From Methanotrichaceae archaeon (GTDB lineage: Archaea > Halobacteriota > Methanosarcinia > Methanotrichales > Methanotrichaceae), in contig CAWEXU010000030.1 of the NCBI GenBank assembly GCA_963813075.1, forward strand, positions 424,755-488,754: DNA of 64,000 bases, given 5' to 3'. The position numbers and the translations under genes are program-made. The notes beneath the pieces were generated by a model. The model ran no database searches and was not told the origin of the DNA. It saw only the letters and a program-made list of their open reading frames with translations. Position 1 is the stretch's first letter. Each line of letters starts with the position of its first letter. Shown one piece after another: positions 21,497-32,447 of the stretch.

Positions 21497-22240
21497 TTGG
21501 TGATCTCTATGATCAACAAAAAAACCCTGGCCATAATCCTGGCAGCATTGAATCTTATGCTGCTTGGCTGTGCTTATGATTCCGCTGAGGCTCCAGGGGC
21601 AGACAATGTCTCCGCCCAGAGCGAGCCCCTGAACACCACCGGTGCCCTGAGCCTCTCAGGCCTGAATGAAATGCTTCTTTATGAGAACTCCCAATATGGA
21701 ATCGGACTGTCTTACCCGGCAGACTGGATTGCCCAGGAGCCCGAGCCCAACGAAGCGGGAATAATCGTCGGCTTCATGGCCCCCGAGGAGAACATCGATG
21801 ACCCGACCGTCTATCTGCTGGTGCAGAATGAGGAGCTGCCCGCTGGGGGGGAGATAACTTTAGATCAGTACAGCCAGGCGGCGCTGAGAATTCTCAAGGA
21901 ATCGTTGCCCGATCTGGAAGTTCTGAAAGAGAGCAATATTACAATCGGCGAATTGCCGGGCTATGCCATAGTGTATAACCTGGAAAGCGAGAATACGACC
22001 GTTCGAGTTCTGAAAGCCTGGACGGTGGTTGGGGAGGATGCTTATGTATTCACCTATAACGCTCCCGATGAGCTATATGACCAGTTCGCTGCAGATGCAG
22101 CCGATATGATCGATTCCTTTAATGCAGTTGCATCTGTCCAGGATGTCCAAAGCGCCGGGGCCTGGGAAGAGCAGGCTGCAACAGCGACCTTGGATGAGTC
22201 AAAATCAAACGAGGAGGAAAACACCAGCATCACCTATTAA
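21497..22240 (+). CDS. PsbP/DcrB-like exported protein
   Basis: YENSQYGIGLSYPADW; ITIGELPGY; AYVFTY...Y...MIDSF. Confidence 0.75.
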   Translation: MVISMINKKTLAIILAALNLMLLGCAYDSAEAPGADNVSAQSEPLNTTGALSLSGLNEMLLYENSQYGIGLSYPADWIAQEPEPNEAGIIVGFMAPEENIDDPTVYLLVQNEELPAGGEITLDQYSQAALRILKESLPDLEVLKESNITIGELPGYAIVYNLESENTTVRVLKAWTVVGEDAYVFTYNAPDELYDQFAADAADMIDSFNAVASVQDVQSAGAWEEQAATATLDESKSNEEENTSITY

Positions 22241-22310
22241 GAAGACCAAGAATAGCGAAAAGGGCAATCCTATCCAGGGGCCAAAGGCCCCTAACGGGCA
22301 TTATGGATGA

Positions 22311-22336
22311 GGGATCTTATGATTCTATGAGATCCC
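22311..22336. terminator. inverted repeat GGGATCTTAT-N6-ATGAGATCCC between convergent genes
   Basis: near-perfect hairpin followed by TTT; a second hairpin GGGGCC-AAA-GGCCCC lies just upstream. Confidence 0.4.
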
Positions 22337-22406
22337 TTTCCCGCTTATATGGCTTTATCTTTATACGATTTTATGATATCTATCCAATCCACAATGCCTT
22401 CTGTCC

Positions 22407-23972
22407 TTATACATCCAAAAGCCAGTCTACAGAGATCGAAGAAAATGGATAGTCAGCTAGTATCTCTGCCCTGCTGCTTGTTTGGCAGTTGCCTTCCGTT
22501 ATTGGCTGTAAGCGGGCAGATTCGATGGCTTTTTCCCTGCTTAAGGCTCTTGCTGTCAGATATATCCTTCGTCCATTGAGATCCGCCAGATCCTGAGATG
22601 CCCAAGTTTTATCCGTCACAGCTACATCCACCACCTCTGGATCATGGCATATGCGGGATCCGATCTCTGTTCCTGCGGATGAATTAAACCAGGTATATCC
22701 TTTATCGATTCTGGCGCTGGTGCTGGACAAACCCCCATCGAATTTACGGGACCATTCATCCAGATCAATCCGCCTTCCAGCTATATCGCCGAAGTGATAA
22801 GCCCATACCAGGTTGGAACTCCTATTACAGGTACGGTACCCATCCCAGTAATTCGAGTTACTGATGGTGGCTTGTGCCCCACCAAAATAAGGCAGAGCTC
22901 CTTTCTCCTCCTGAGGAACGCCATTAGCTCCGAATCTCGCCCCGGCAGCGTCACCATCCGCCTGAATAGCTCTCTCTTCAAAAACTACTTTAGATCCCCC
23001 TAGATCCGAGGCCCCATGACTGACCCAGGTCGTCTCCAGCCATTGTTCATCCAGAAAAGCAGCACCGTTTCTGGTTCCAATGTCTCTCTGGTGCTCTAGC
23101 CAGACGGATGCATTTCCATTATATCCATCGACCTGACCATCCCTGATATTCGTCTTTGACCGGGCCACTTCTCCATCAGGCCGGGCTGCAAACTCCGTAA
23201 TGTCTATGCTCCTCCCAAAGATGTCTCCGTAGTGATTGGCCGTCGCTCCATCCCAGCGGCCGCTCCAGTAACCGCTCTCATTGTCATAGCTGTAGTAGTA
23301 ACCGTCTTCTCCAATCCCGGCCGAAGCTGCTCCATAGTATGAATCAACCCTGCCACCCGTGACGCTCATGCTGGCAAAAGCCATATCACCATCAGATTGC
23401 AAAGAGCGCTCATTTATGACGATATGATCTCCAGAAGCATGGTCAAAGATCTGCCCGGCGACACTGGCACAGGTTCCATATCCTGATCCTGCATAAGCAT
23501 AATTCGAATAGCCCAGGAGGCTTGCCTCTTTTCTCTTGTCGGAGATGGTTATGCTCGATTCCGCTGAATCTCCCTGTTGGCTGTCCGCCCTGGCGTAAGC
23601 TTTGATGCTCCCTGCATCTTCTGCATCAATGCTCTCCTCTGCAGAGGCATAATCTGATCCTTTATCCAGGAGGTAGGAGTAACTGATCCAATGGGCATTT
23701 TTTATATCGACACCGACCTCAGCCCTATCTCCTGAATCACTTTCGATCCAGTGTCTATCCTTCAGGCTTCCGCCGGACAGCGTTATTTCATCGGACAGGG
23801 CATTCCTGGACAGGACTACCCGGGCGGAGATGGTGTCATCCTCGTCCGCACTGATATCCTGACTGAAACCTCCTGCATCATTCGAAACCGAAAGGGAGAT
23901 GCAGACAGCTGAGCCCATAAAGATAAAAGCCGCAACTAGCATCACCGCAGTTACTTTTAGTTTTGATCTCAT
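22407..23972 (-). CDS. hypothetical secreted beta-rich repeat protein
   Basis: signal peptide; recurring G..I.I.E.A...DGD.A units. Confidence 0.75.
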   Translation of the reverse strand: MRSKLKVTAVMLVAAFIFMGSAVCISLSVSNDAGGFSQDISADEDDTISARVVLSRNALSDEITLSGGSLKDRHWIESDSGDRAEVGVDIKNAHWISYSYLLDKGSDYASAEESIDAEDAGSIKAYARADSQQGDSAESSITISDKRKEASLLGYSNYAYAGSGYGTCASVAGQIFDHASGDHIVINERSLQSDGDMAFASMSVTGGRVDSYYGAASAGIGEDGYYYSYDNESGYWSGRWDGATANHYGDIFGRSIDITEFAARPDGEVARSKTNIRDGQVDGYNGNASVWLEHQRDIGTRNGAAFLDEQWLETTWVSHGASDLGGSKVVFEERAIQADGDAAGARFGANGVPQEEKGALPYFGGAQATISNSNYWDGYRTCNRSSNLVWAYHFGDIAGRRIDLDEWSRKFDGGLSSTSARIDKGYTWFNSSAGTEIGSRICHDPEVVDVAVTDKTWASQDLADLNGRRIYLTARALSREKAIESARLQPITEGNCQTSSRAEILADYPFSSISVDWLLDV

Positions 23973-24093
23973 AATTATACCTTTGATTGAACTGATTATT
24001 GTTTTGCCATATGTATCTATGAAGCTCTTAATCTAAATAAATTTTGGTCCTTATACCCTCTGTGTTCGGTGTCTATCGGTGTAAATTTGGAAA

Positions 24094-25668
24094 ATGCACA
24101 ATTCCCCATTCACCTCTGGATCAATACGGCATTATGCACAAAGAATATGGCCAGGAACTTGCAGAGTGTACGGGCAGATGTCCTGGCGATCTCTCGCATT
24201 GGCGGTCATCCTGGTAGCAGCCCTGGCTGCTACCTGCAGCGCCCAGCAGTCCCTCCCCGCCCAGCAGATACTATCCCAGATTATGGCCGGCCAGCCGGTC
24301 CACTATGACGGCATTAACATAACCGGCGATCTGGATCTCTCCACCTTGCCCGAATCCCGGATCCCGGCAACAATTGCCCTGGTCAACTGCACCATTCCGG
24401 ATGCCTCCTTCGAAGGCATCACCTTTGACCAGGATGCCCTCTTCTGGGGCAGCTCTTTTGGGAATGCCAGCTTCAAGAAGGCCACATTTTTGGGGCGGGT
24501 GGACTTTGTCAATGCCTCCTTCCGCCCGGTCGACTTTGCTGGCTGCACCTTTCACCAGCCGGCCCTCTTTGACGGAGTGCTCTTTGAGAAGGATGTGAGC
24601 TTCGTGGATGCCTCCTTCGGCCTGGATGCCTTCTTCAACAATGCTCGCTTTCTGGGGAGGGCGGACTTCAACTACTCAGATTTCGATTCCTACTCCCACT
24701 TTGCAGCAGCCGAATTCTCGGGGGACGCCTTCTTCTCCGATGTTGACCTTTCCGCCGCTTCGGACTTCTCTGCTGCCACCTTTTCAGGCGAGGCCAACTT
24801 CATCCGCTCCCGCCTGAGTGAGCCCTACTTCGGAGATGTACTATTTGCCGGCCCAGCCCAGTTCGGCCTGGCTCGCTTCTCCGGCCTCTCCTCATTCGGG
24901 GGAGCGGTCTTTGCGGATGAGGCGGGATTCGGCCTGGCAAGGTTCTCCGATGCCGCCTACTTCTCCGGTACCCATTTCCAGGACCTGGCCCTCTTCGGTC
25001 TGGCCAGGTTCGAGGATATAGTCACATTCCAGGAGGCCCGATTCGAGGGCGACCTCAACTTCAAAGCCGGGTCCATCACCTCCCTGCTCTTCGAGAAGGC
25101 CCAGCTTCTGCCGGGCTCTCGCATAATCCTCAACGACACGGAGATCAACCTCTTCCGGGCCCACTGGGATGAGATTCAAGATCACGTGGCATGGCAGCCG
25201 GGGGCGTATCTGGCCCTGGTGGAGAACTACCGCCGCCTGGGCTGGTCAAAGGATGAGGACGACTGCTACTATCAGTATCGAAGGCTGGATCAGGCTGGAA
25301 AGAGCTGGGGCTGGTCCAAGATAATCGATATTCTGGCCTGGTTCTCCTGCGGCTATGGGGTACGGCCAGGCTATGCTGTGGTCTGGTCATTGATTACCAT
25401 TCTCTTCTTCGCTCTGCTCTTCTGGGTGGGAGACGGCATTCGCCGCTCGTCCAAACCCCTGAGCGGTCCGGCGGAGGAGGATAGCATCCCAGAAAGGGTG
25501 ACATTGCGAAATGCCATCTTCTTCAGCACCATGATCTTCCTCTCTCAGGGTCCCATCGACTTTCTGCCCGTGAGGAGGCACAGGTACTATGTGATCCTGG
25601 AGGGGATACTGGGCTGGCTGCTCCTGGCACTGTTCCTGGTGACACTGGGCAGGGTGATGATAAGGTAG
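24094..25668 (+). CDS. pentapeptide-repeat protein with C-terminal channel-like membrane domain (true start may be ATG 24178)
   Basis: long A-x-F repeats; CGYGVRP; AIFFSTMIFLSQG; ILEGILGW. Confidence 0.85.
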   Translation: MHNSPFTSGSIRHYAQRIWPGTCRVYGQMSWRSLALAVILVAALAATCSAQQSLPAQQILSQIMAGQPVHYDGINITGDLDLSTLPESRIPATIALVNCTIPDASFEGITFDQDALFWGSSFGNASFKKATFLGRVDFVNASFRPVDFAGCTFHQPALFDGVLFEKDVSFVDASFGLDAFFNNARFLGRADFNYSDFDSYSHFAAAEFSGDAFFSDVDLSAASDFSAATFSGEANFIRSRLSEPYFGDVLFAGPAQFGLARFSGLSSFGGAVFADEAGFGLARFSDAAYFSGTHFQDLALFGLARFEDIVTFQEARFEGDLNFKAGSITSLLFEKAQLLPGSRIILNDTEINLFRAHWDEIQDHVAWQPGAYLALVENYRRLGWSKDEDDCYYQYRRLDQAGKSWGWSKIIDILAWFSCGYGVRPGYAVVWSLITILFFALLFWVGDGIRRSSKPLSGPAEEDSIPERVTLRNAIFFSTMIFLSQGPIDFLPVRRHRYYVILEGILGWLLLALFLVTLGRVMIR

Positions 25669-25677
25669 AGAATAGAG

Positions 25678-26263
25678 GTGATTCTGGCCGGATTCAAGAT
25701 CTATGTCCATGTTGTGCAGGCCCCGGGAGGACCGGAGGAGGACCCGACTGGAGGCTTCAAGTACAGTGGTTGGACGGTTGGCTACTGGGGTGAATTTCTT
25801 GGCGAGGTTATGGATGAACAGATGGCAGGGCCATTTGAGCTGCTGCTTGGGAGGAAGACATACGAGATTTTCGCCTCAAAGGACGCTGGAGAAGCTTGAC
25901 TGGAACAATTCCGTGCTCACCAGAGGGGAGGTCGTCGAAGAGATCAATAGACTGAAGCAGGAGGATGGGCCCCAACTGCATATCCACGGCAGCTGCAATC
26001 TCATTCAAACCCTCCTCAAGCATGACTTAATCGACGAGTTCCGCTTGAAGATATTCCCGCTCACCCTTGGCACGGGCAAAAGCCTCTTTGGCGACGGCAC
26101 CATTCCTGCGGCCTTCCGACTGGTGGATAGCAGTACTTCCAGCAAAGGAGTGATAGTAGCCACTTATGAGCGCTCGGGAGAGGTCAAGACCGGGACGTTT
26201 ACCCAGGATGTGCCCGCTGAAGCGGAGATTTCCCGGCGCAGAAGGCTAAAAGAGGAGCAATAA
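25678..26263 (+). pseudogene. dihydrofolate reductase/RibD C-terminal family, degraded
   Basis: QAPGGPEEDP, LLLGRKTYEIFA in one frame; IHGS..LIQTLLKHDLIDE..PLTLGTGK in another; N-terminus and an internal segment appear missing. Confidence 0.75.
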
Positions 26264-26265
26264 AT

Positions 26266-27171
26266 ATGCAGAAAGATATGCAGAAGATAGCACCCCATCT
26301 ATGGTTTGACCGAGAGGCAAAGGAAGCGGCCCAGTTTTACACCACGGTCTTCAAGGGCTCGAGGATTAATAGCGTTGTAACTCTGCACAATACCCCGTCC
26401 GGCTCAGTGGACACGGTGGACATTGAGCTTTTCGGGCAGGAGTTCGTTTTCATCAGCGCGGGCCCGCTTTTCAAGTTCAATCCGTCGGTATCTTTTCTGG
26501 TCGCCTGTGAGACGATAGATGAGGTCGACTTATATTGGCAGAAGCTCTCCCAAGGAGGCAGGGCTCTGATGGAGTTGGGTGAATATCCTTTCAGCGAGAG
26601 ATACGGGTGGATCGAAGACAGGTACGGCCTATCCTGGCAGGTGATGTTCCGGCGGGGGCAGGAGATAAGGCAGAGAATCACCCCGACGCTTATGTTCGTG
26701 GGCAATCAGTGGGGGAGGGCAGAAGAGGCGATCAACTTCTACGCTCAGGTGTTTCATGATGCTATGGTGGGGGACATCGACCGCTATGGCCAGGGCGAAG
26801 AGCCGGACAGGGCGGGGACGGTAAGGCATGCCTCTTTCGTGCTTGAGGGCCAGGAATTTGCCGCCATGGACAGCGCCCTGGCTCACAACTTTGCCTTCAA
26901 TGAGGCCATTTCATTCATGGTGCACTGCGAGACGCAAGAGGAGATTGACTACTACTGGGAAAAGCTCTCTGCAGATCCTGAAGCGGAGCAGTGCGGCTGG
27001 CTGAAGGATAAATACGGGTTATCATGGCAGATTGGGCCCAGGGTATTGGAGGAGATGCTCAAGGACGAAGATCCCAAGAGAGTGGCGCGGGTGACCGAGG
27101 CCTTTCTCAAAATGAAAAAGTTTGATATTGCGGAATTGAGGAGAGCATATGAGGGGAAAGGAGCAAAATAG
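26266..27171 (+). CDS. VOC/PhnB (3-demethylubiquinone methyltransferase-like) family protein, two domains
   Basis: QKIAPHLWFD; twice GW..D(R/K)YGLSWQ. Confidence 0.9.
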   Translation: MQKDMQKIAPHLWFDREAKEAAQFYTTVFKGSRINSVVTLHNTPSGSVDTVDIELFGQEFVFISAGPLFKFNPSVSFLVACETIDEVDLYWQKLSQGGRALMELGEYPFSERYGWIEDRYGLSWQVMFRRGQEIRQRITPTLMFVGNQWGRAEEAINFYAQVFHDAMVGDIDRYGQGEEPDRAGTVRHASFVLEGQEFAAMDSALAHNFAFNEAISFMVHCETQEEIDYYWEKLSADPEAEQCGWLKDKYGLSWQIGPRVLEEMLKDEDPKRVARVTEAFLKMKKFDIAELRRAYEGKGAK

Positions 27172-27370
27172 CGTTCCGGCTGGATCAAATAATGTATGTT
27201 CTTTTTTAGGTGAAGTCCTCCATAAGAGAACCAAGGTTTCCCCCTGGTTACTTATTGCAGGTCTCCCCTCTATTCGAAGAGTTTGAATAAGAGGCCCAGA
27301 TGTGATCATTGTATTCTCAACTCCAAAGCTATTTCAATAATAGGCTCATTGTGAAAGCTGGGGAAGGTTA

Positions 27371-27952
27371 TTGAGACAAGAGCAAATGATATGTTCTCTT
27401 ATTTTGCTATATCTATTGGCCTTGATTGGACCATCGGCGGCAACTGGCGCTACCACAAGCAATGATTCAACCGATATACAGAAACTATGGCGTAACGATC
27501 CTCGTTTATTGGGCCGTTTCCACCCAGAGTATCCAGATGATGTGCAAGTCATTGTCCATGATGGAGGGCCCAGGATTACCGACCGCAGGCCGGAAGGTGT
27601 CTGGGTAAGAGTGATGGGATGCGACGGGGAAGTCTTCAGGGGACAGGTGCTAAATCAGCCAAATCAACTTGAGAAAGTCAAGGAAGGCGACATTATCATG
27701 TTCATTGTTCCAAAATCAGGCCTGTATCCGATTCTTGTTAGGGAACAGTACTTGAAAGAACGCGAGAACTGGATAATTCACCCCTGCAATAAGTGTGGAC
27801 TTAGTGAACTCTTTGACCCTCCCTCTGAGCTCATAAAAATTGTCTTCCCTTCTGTTTATGGTAGGGAGGACATGTTGATGGAGAAATTCACTGCGTTCTG
27901 CGGAGCATGTGGCGGCGTGTTGGTGGTGGAGAATAGGTCGAAGCACCCTTAG
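27371..27952 (+). CDS. hypothetical exported protein with two CxxC motifs
   Basis: signal peptide; EGVWVRV...GQVLNQP; CNKC and CGAC. Confidence 0.7.
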   Translation: MRQEQMICSLILLYLLALIGPSAATGATTSNDSTDIQKLWRNDPRLLGRFHPEYPDDVQVIVHDGGPRITDRRPEGVWVRVMGCDGEVFRGQVLNQPNQLEKVKEGDIIMFIVPKSGLYPILVREQYLKERENWIIHPCNKCGLSELFDPPSELIKIVFPSVYGREDMLMEKFTAFCGACGGVLVVENRSKHP

Positions 27953-28126
27953 AAACGTTATTCCTTTTGTATCTGACCAAGCTTCTTTCTATGGTGGCTT
28001 CAAGCGTTTTCAGTTAGAATTATGCGTTGCGTCTTGTGCCTATAAGGTCGCTTTCATCGTAGTCTTCCATCAAAGCACCTCCTGGCGTCCTTCTCTCTTC
28101 AACCTGCAATTCAAAAAAAATGGCTG

Positions 28127-28146
28127 AGAACTCCCGGGAGTTCTCA
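28127..28146. terminator. 20-bp palindrome GAGAACTCCCGGGAGTTCTC downstream of the Ig-repeat gene, followed on the minus strand by a T-run
   Basis: seen directly. Confidence 0.5.
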
Positions 28147-28154
28147 TAATCCAA

Positions 28155-30454
28155 TTAACAGAGACCTGTGCACCCGCACGGTCCACAGCCGCAGTTGTAG
28201 TCCAGGGTCAGCTGTCCGGTATCAGAGGCAACAGTTGCCCCATTGGCATCCTTGCATACTACAGTGTATTGGTATAATCCTGGACTCCCCCAGTTGATGC
28301 CCTCTGGCAGCACCACACTCATCTCGCTGCAAATGCCTGTGCATCCGCCTCCTGCTTTTGTCACCAGTTGCTTCAACGCCGCACTGTATTGAGGCAGGCT
28401 GTAGTTTTTACAGGAGATTTTGTTGGAGATCTCTATGCAGATTATGGGCAGGCAGATGTCCGGTGCATAGGCAACACAATCATATTCCACAATCACATTC
28501 CCCCTGGCAACCGGGCATTCAATCCATGATGGGCTGCAGTCAACCGTATAGCTGCCACCGGTTACAAATCCCGTGCCTGGATCCAAAGTTACGCCGCCAA
28601 GATCTATCACCGGTGTTTGATCGCAGGCATAGGTGCCGCTATCCAGGCAATCGGCGACGACCAGGGCCGCTAAATCCTGTTTGCTCACATCTGAATCCAC
28701 AGTGATGTCTTCGGCATAGGGTACACAGGGGCATACACCCCTCTGGCAGGAACACGAGACCCGTCCAGTGCAGGTGGAGTCGCAATCCTCAATATCCCCT
28801 CCTGCATGGCAGGTGACGCTATATGTGTAGTCGTCCGCCAGCACATAGCCGGTCGTCTGGTCTACTGGCCAATTCGGGAAGGACCACTCCGGTGTCTCAT
28901 CACATTCAGCACAGACTGGAGCGTTTACCTCTCTGATAAAAGCCTCCAGTTCATCTGGATACATACATCCATCCTGCGATAAGCTGATCAGCTCGCAATT
29001 GCACTTTTTGACCACGGTTATGGTCACTGTCTCCTGGTCACACTGGCCATCAACATCGCAGAGCTGGTAGGTGAACACGTCCGTGCCGCTCCAGCCCGGG
29101 GAAGGTATGTAGCTGTATGTGCCATCCGAATCGACGACCGCCGTGCCGTGGGCAGGATTCGATAGCAAAGACCAGGTATTTCCACCATCCTCGGAGGGGT
29201 GGTCGTTGTCTGCAACGCTGGCGCTTACCGCGCTGTCCTGGCATGTGCTGGCAGTATCGCAAAAGGCATCAGGAGCGTCGTTGCACTCGATTATGATCTC
29301 CACTGTAGCAGTATCTGAATCACCATCAATATCGGTGAGAGTGTAGGTGAAGCTGTCTTGCCGCAGTAGTTCTCAGACGGGGTATAGGTGAATGTTCCAT
29401 CCGGGTTGACCACTACGGTGCCGTGCTCTGGATCGGTATGCTTGGACCAGACATTTCCGCCGTCATCGGACAGCTCATCGTTGAGCGACAGGCTGCCGCT
29501 GACCGGAGTGTCCTCGATGGTGGTGGCGGTGTCGTCATTGGCCACGGGGACGTCGTCTACGCAATCTATTGTGATCTTTACCGTAGCAGTATCGGAATCA
29601 CCATCAATATCGGTGAGGGTGTAGGTGAAGCTGTCCGGACCGCAGTAGTTCTCAGACGGGGTATAGGTGAATGTTCCATCCGGGTTGACCACTACGGTGC
29701 CGTGCTCTGGATCGGTATGCTTGGACCAGACATTTCCGCCGTCATCGGACAGCTCATCGTTGAGCGACAGGCTGCCGCTGACCGGAGTGTCCTCGATGGT
29801 GGTGGCGGTGTCGTCATTTGCCAGGGGACGATCATCGGCACAATCGATAAGGGTGAGCTGTCCACAATAGTTTGCACATCCCCGGCATTTTATGCAGAAG
29901 GGATATGTTCCCGCTATTGGATTGCCATCCTTATCCAGATCGATCTTACCAAGATCAATGGTTGGGGTTAGGTCTCCGCATCCATAGCAGCCTGCACCAC
30001 TCTCCAGCAGAATATCTCTGATCTCATCCGCGGTGACAGGCAGACAGATAGGGTCCATGATCGGGATATTGGGTCGGCATGAGCACGAGACCTTGAACTT
30101 GGTCGTCGCCGGATATCTCGACTGACACTGACCATTGGTGGCATTATACCTGAATTGCACAGAGGTGCCCTGCTGAATATTCGGGGATGGCGAATAGACG
30201 AAGGAGCCGTTTGCAGCTACTTTTATCGATCCGTATTTGGGATCGACGGTTATCAGTTCAGGATCCAGGACTGCAATGGCCTGGGGATCATTTGCCAAAA
30301 TGCCCTTGCTTTCAGGAACCTCTTTTATCACTCCACATTGAGCGATATAATTCTCACCCCGAATAAACCAGGGACAGGTTGCTGATGACATCGACACCAT
30401 CGAAGTCAATAACAACGCCAGGACAATAATGCCCTTGAGCGATCTAATTTCCAT
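28155..30454 (-). CDS. Cys-rich secreted protein with cadherin-like/Ig-like repeats; indel near 29360
   Basis: signal peptide; PVANDD..TT.EDTPV...ND...P.HGTV.VN.DGTFTYTP..NY.G.DSFTY repeats; ORFs 29291..30454 and 28155..29303 join. Confidence 0.85.
29302..29835. repeat. near-identical 279-bp tandem repeat (2 copies, plus a diverged third at about 29020-29300)
   Basis: identical antisense ORF starts at 29388 and 29667. Confidence 0.9.
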
Positions 30455-30692
30455 AAGTCGTTGCCTCCATTATGTTCTTGCCTCCATATTAATTTACGCC
30501 GCCATTATCTCACTACAGATATAAGAAGAGACGAATTGTTGATGCTAATGCGAATTAAGAGCTTTAATAAGCAATCTAAGATAAGCGGCGATGAATGGCT
30601 GGTAAATTGTTTTATCAGAAAATTATTATACAGAAATCGTGTCCAAGCATTATTGATAAAAATATGTTTCATAGATGACTGCATACCACATA

Positions 30693-31436
30693 TCAACGAG
30701 ATTTAATGGGGGCGAGGCAGTACATGGCCCAGCCCATATATTGGCGCTGGAACTGTAAATAATCATCCTGGTCAGTGCGGAAATGCTCGAATACCTGTTC
30801 ATAGTCGGTGTGGGTGGGATTTTCTTCCAGCCAACGTATCAGTCCATACCAGCCATCCGAGATGTACCTGTCCCAGTCGTCGCCGCTGGCACGAATGATG
30901 TATTCGAGTTCCAAGCCTTCATCCCGAGCAAATTGAGTTAGTTCTGTTTCGGTATGGGTAGTTGTCTGCATTTGGGCGTATGCCGGATGTACCTGATTAT
31001 TAAGCCAGTGGGTTTCACCGATAGCAAGGCGTCCATTCTGGTGAACTGCTCGCTTCAGTACCTGGAGTGTCTGCTGGCAGCCGCCAAAGATAAACGTTGA
31101 CCCAATACATGTTGCGGCATCGAAAGCCCCTTCTTCGAATATGTAATCCGCCCCATTGGAGCAAACGATTTCAATTCGGTCCGATAAACCCCTTGAAGCC
31201 AGTTTTTGCCTGGCCCGGTTGCAGAAATCCGCGGATATATCTATTCCAATACCAGTAATACCGAATTCCTCCGCCCAGAGAGTAAGGGGTTCGGCACAAC
31301 CACAACCGAAGTCAATGACCCGTTTTCCTTTTTCTAATTTGAGCAATTTGCCTAGTTTTATGATCTTTTCCGGCGTGGAAGGGTTTAGTATATCCATGTA
31401 GCGGTGTGAGATGCTCATAATATCAAGGAATTCCAT
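30693..31436 (-). CDS. class I SAM-dependent methyltransferase
   Basis: VIDFGCG, GIDIS, FDAATCIG. Confidence 0.9.
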   Translation of the reverse strand: MEFLDIMSISHRYMDILNPSTPEKIIKLGKLLKLEKGKRVIDFGCGCAEPLTLWAEEFGITGIGIDISADFCNRARQKLASRGLSDRIEIVCSNGADYIFEEGAFDAATCIGSTFIFGGCQQTLQVLKRAVHQNGRLAIGETHWLNNQVHPAYAQMQTTTHTETELTQFARDEGLELEYIIRASGDDWDRYISDGWYGLIRWLEENPTHTDYEQVFEHFRTDQDDYLQFQRQYMGWAMYCLAPIKSR

Positions 31437-31643
31437 AATCTAAGCCTCCTTTTTGGAAAAGGTAACTTGATTATTGATTAATAAAGATGATGGGAAACCT
31501 ATTGCTCATCTCGTTGATACGCCCTATCAGAGGCTACCACCTAGCTACATAGCACTTCATGCTGCAAGCATATGGAACGGCATATACGAGTGCGGTGATT
31601 GTGGCATCATATTGGAGATGAGAGCGCAAACCGACTTTGCCAC

Positions 31644-32018
31644 TCACTCCAGTATTTTCCAGAAAGAATCCTTGCGGATGATCTTTCCATCAACGAACTC
31701 AAGCAGGTCAACTCCCCGTACCTCGATCTCTTGCCCCGATGCACTTGTGCCGGTAAGCGTCCACTCGGAGACTCCCAGGCGGCCACAGACCCAGTGCTGG
31801 TCGTCCCCATAATGCACATCCGGTATGCCCTCAAATCGTTTTGCTAAACCTGCCCGGACCTCTTTTTTCCCAACATATCGATCGCCACGGGGCTTAGCCC
31901 CTCTTGGCATGTAGAAGACACAATCATCTGCGAAATAATCCATAATGGAATCGAGGTCGTGGCGGTTGAATGCTTCTAAGAAGCCTTTCAGCAATTCAGC
32001 GGTTATTTGTCCTGACAT
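31644..32018 (-). CDS. SnoaL-like/NTF2 family protein
   Basis: EAFNRHDLD.IM.YFADD; EWTLTGT; GVDLLEF.DGKI. Confidence 0.9.
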   Translation of the reverse strand: MSGQITAELLKGFLEAFNRHDLDSIMDYFADDCVFYMPRGAKPRGDRYVGKKEVRAGLAKRFEGIPDVHYGDDQHWVCGRLGVSEWTLTGTSASGQEIEVRGVDLLEFVDGKIIRKDSFWKILE

Positions 32019-32156
32019 TAAGAACCTCCCAATAGGTAAGAAATTGCTGGATTTCTATCGTTGCACTGGCGCTGTTTCAGCAGCAGCAAAGTGCTTTTCT
32101 TCTGTATACTCATGGTTAGCGCTTATAGTTTTGGTTTGATTGAGCATCTCCACCCC

Positions 32157-32447
32157 CTATACATCTTTCAATATAATTATCAGGCCCTTTATCCAATCAT
32201 CAACGGCCTCTTTTGCGGCATTCATGTCATCCAGCTCTTTTTCCTGGTGAGCAATATACTCATTTCTGAAGGAATAAATTTTATCTACAGTATCCAATAT
32301 ATCCTTCTTTTCTGGACCCGCAAATTTGCTTTTGATCGCAGAGAAGAGTCCACCGGGCGGAACCCGAGGGCTTTTTGCATACTCCAGACACCATTTCAAT
32401 AGCCCTATGGGCATTATCCCATCGTTCTCCAGAAGAGTCCGGCGCAA
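32157..32447 (-). pseudogene. C-terminal remnant of a probable type III-like restriction subunit with an RNEYIAH motif
   Basis: lacks a normal start; abuts a methyltransferase N-terminal fragment; family call from recollection of such loci. Confidence 0.45.
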
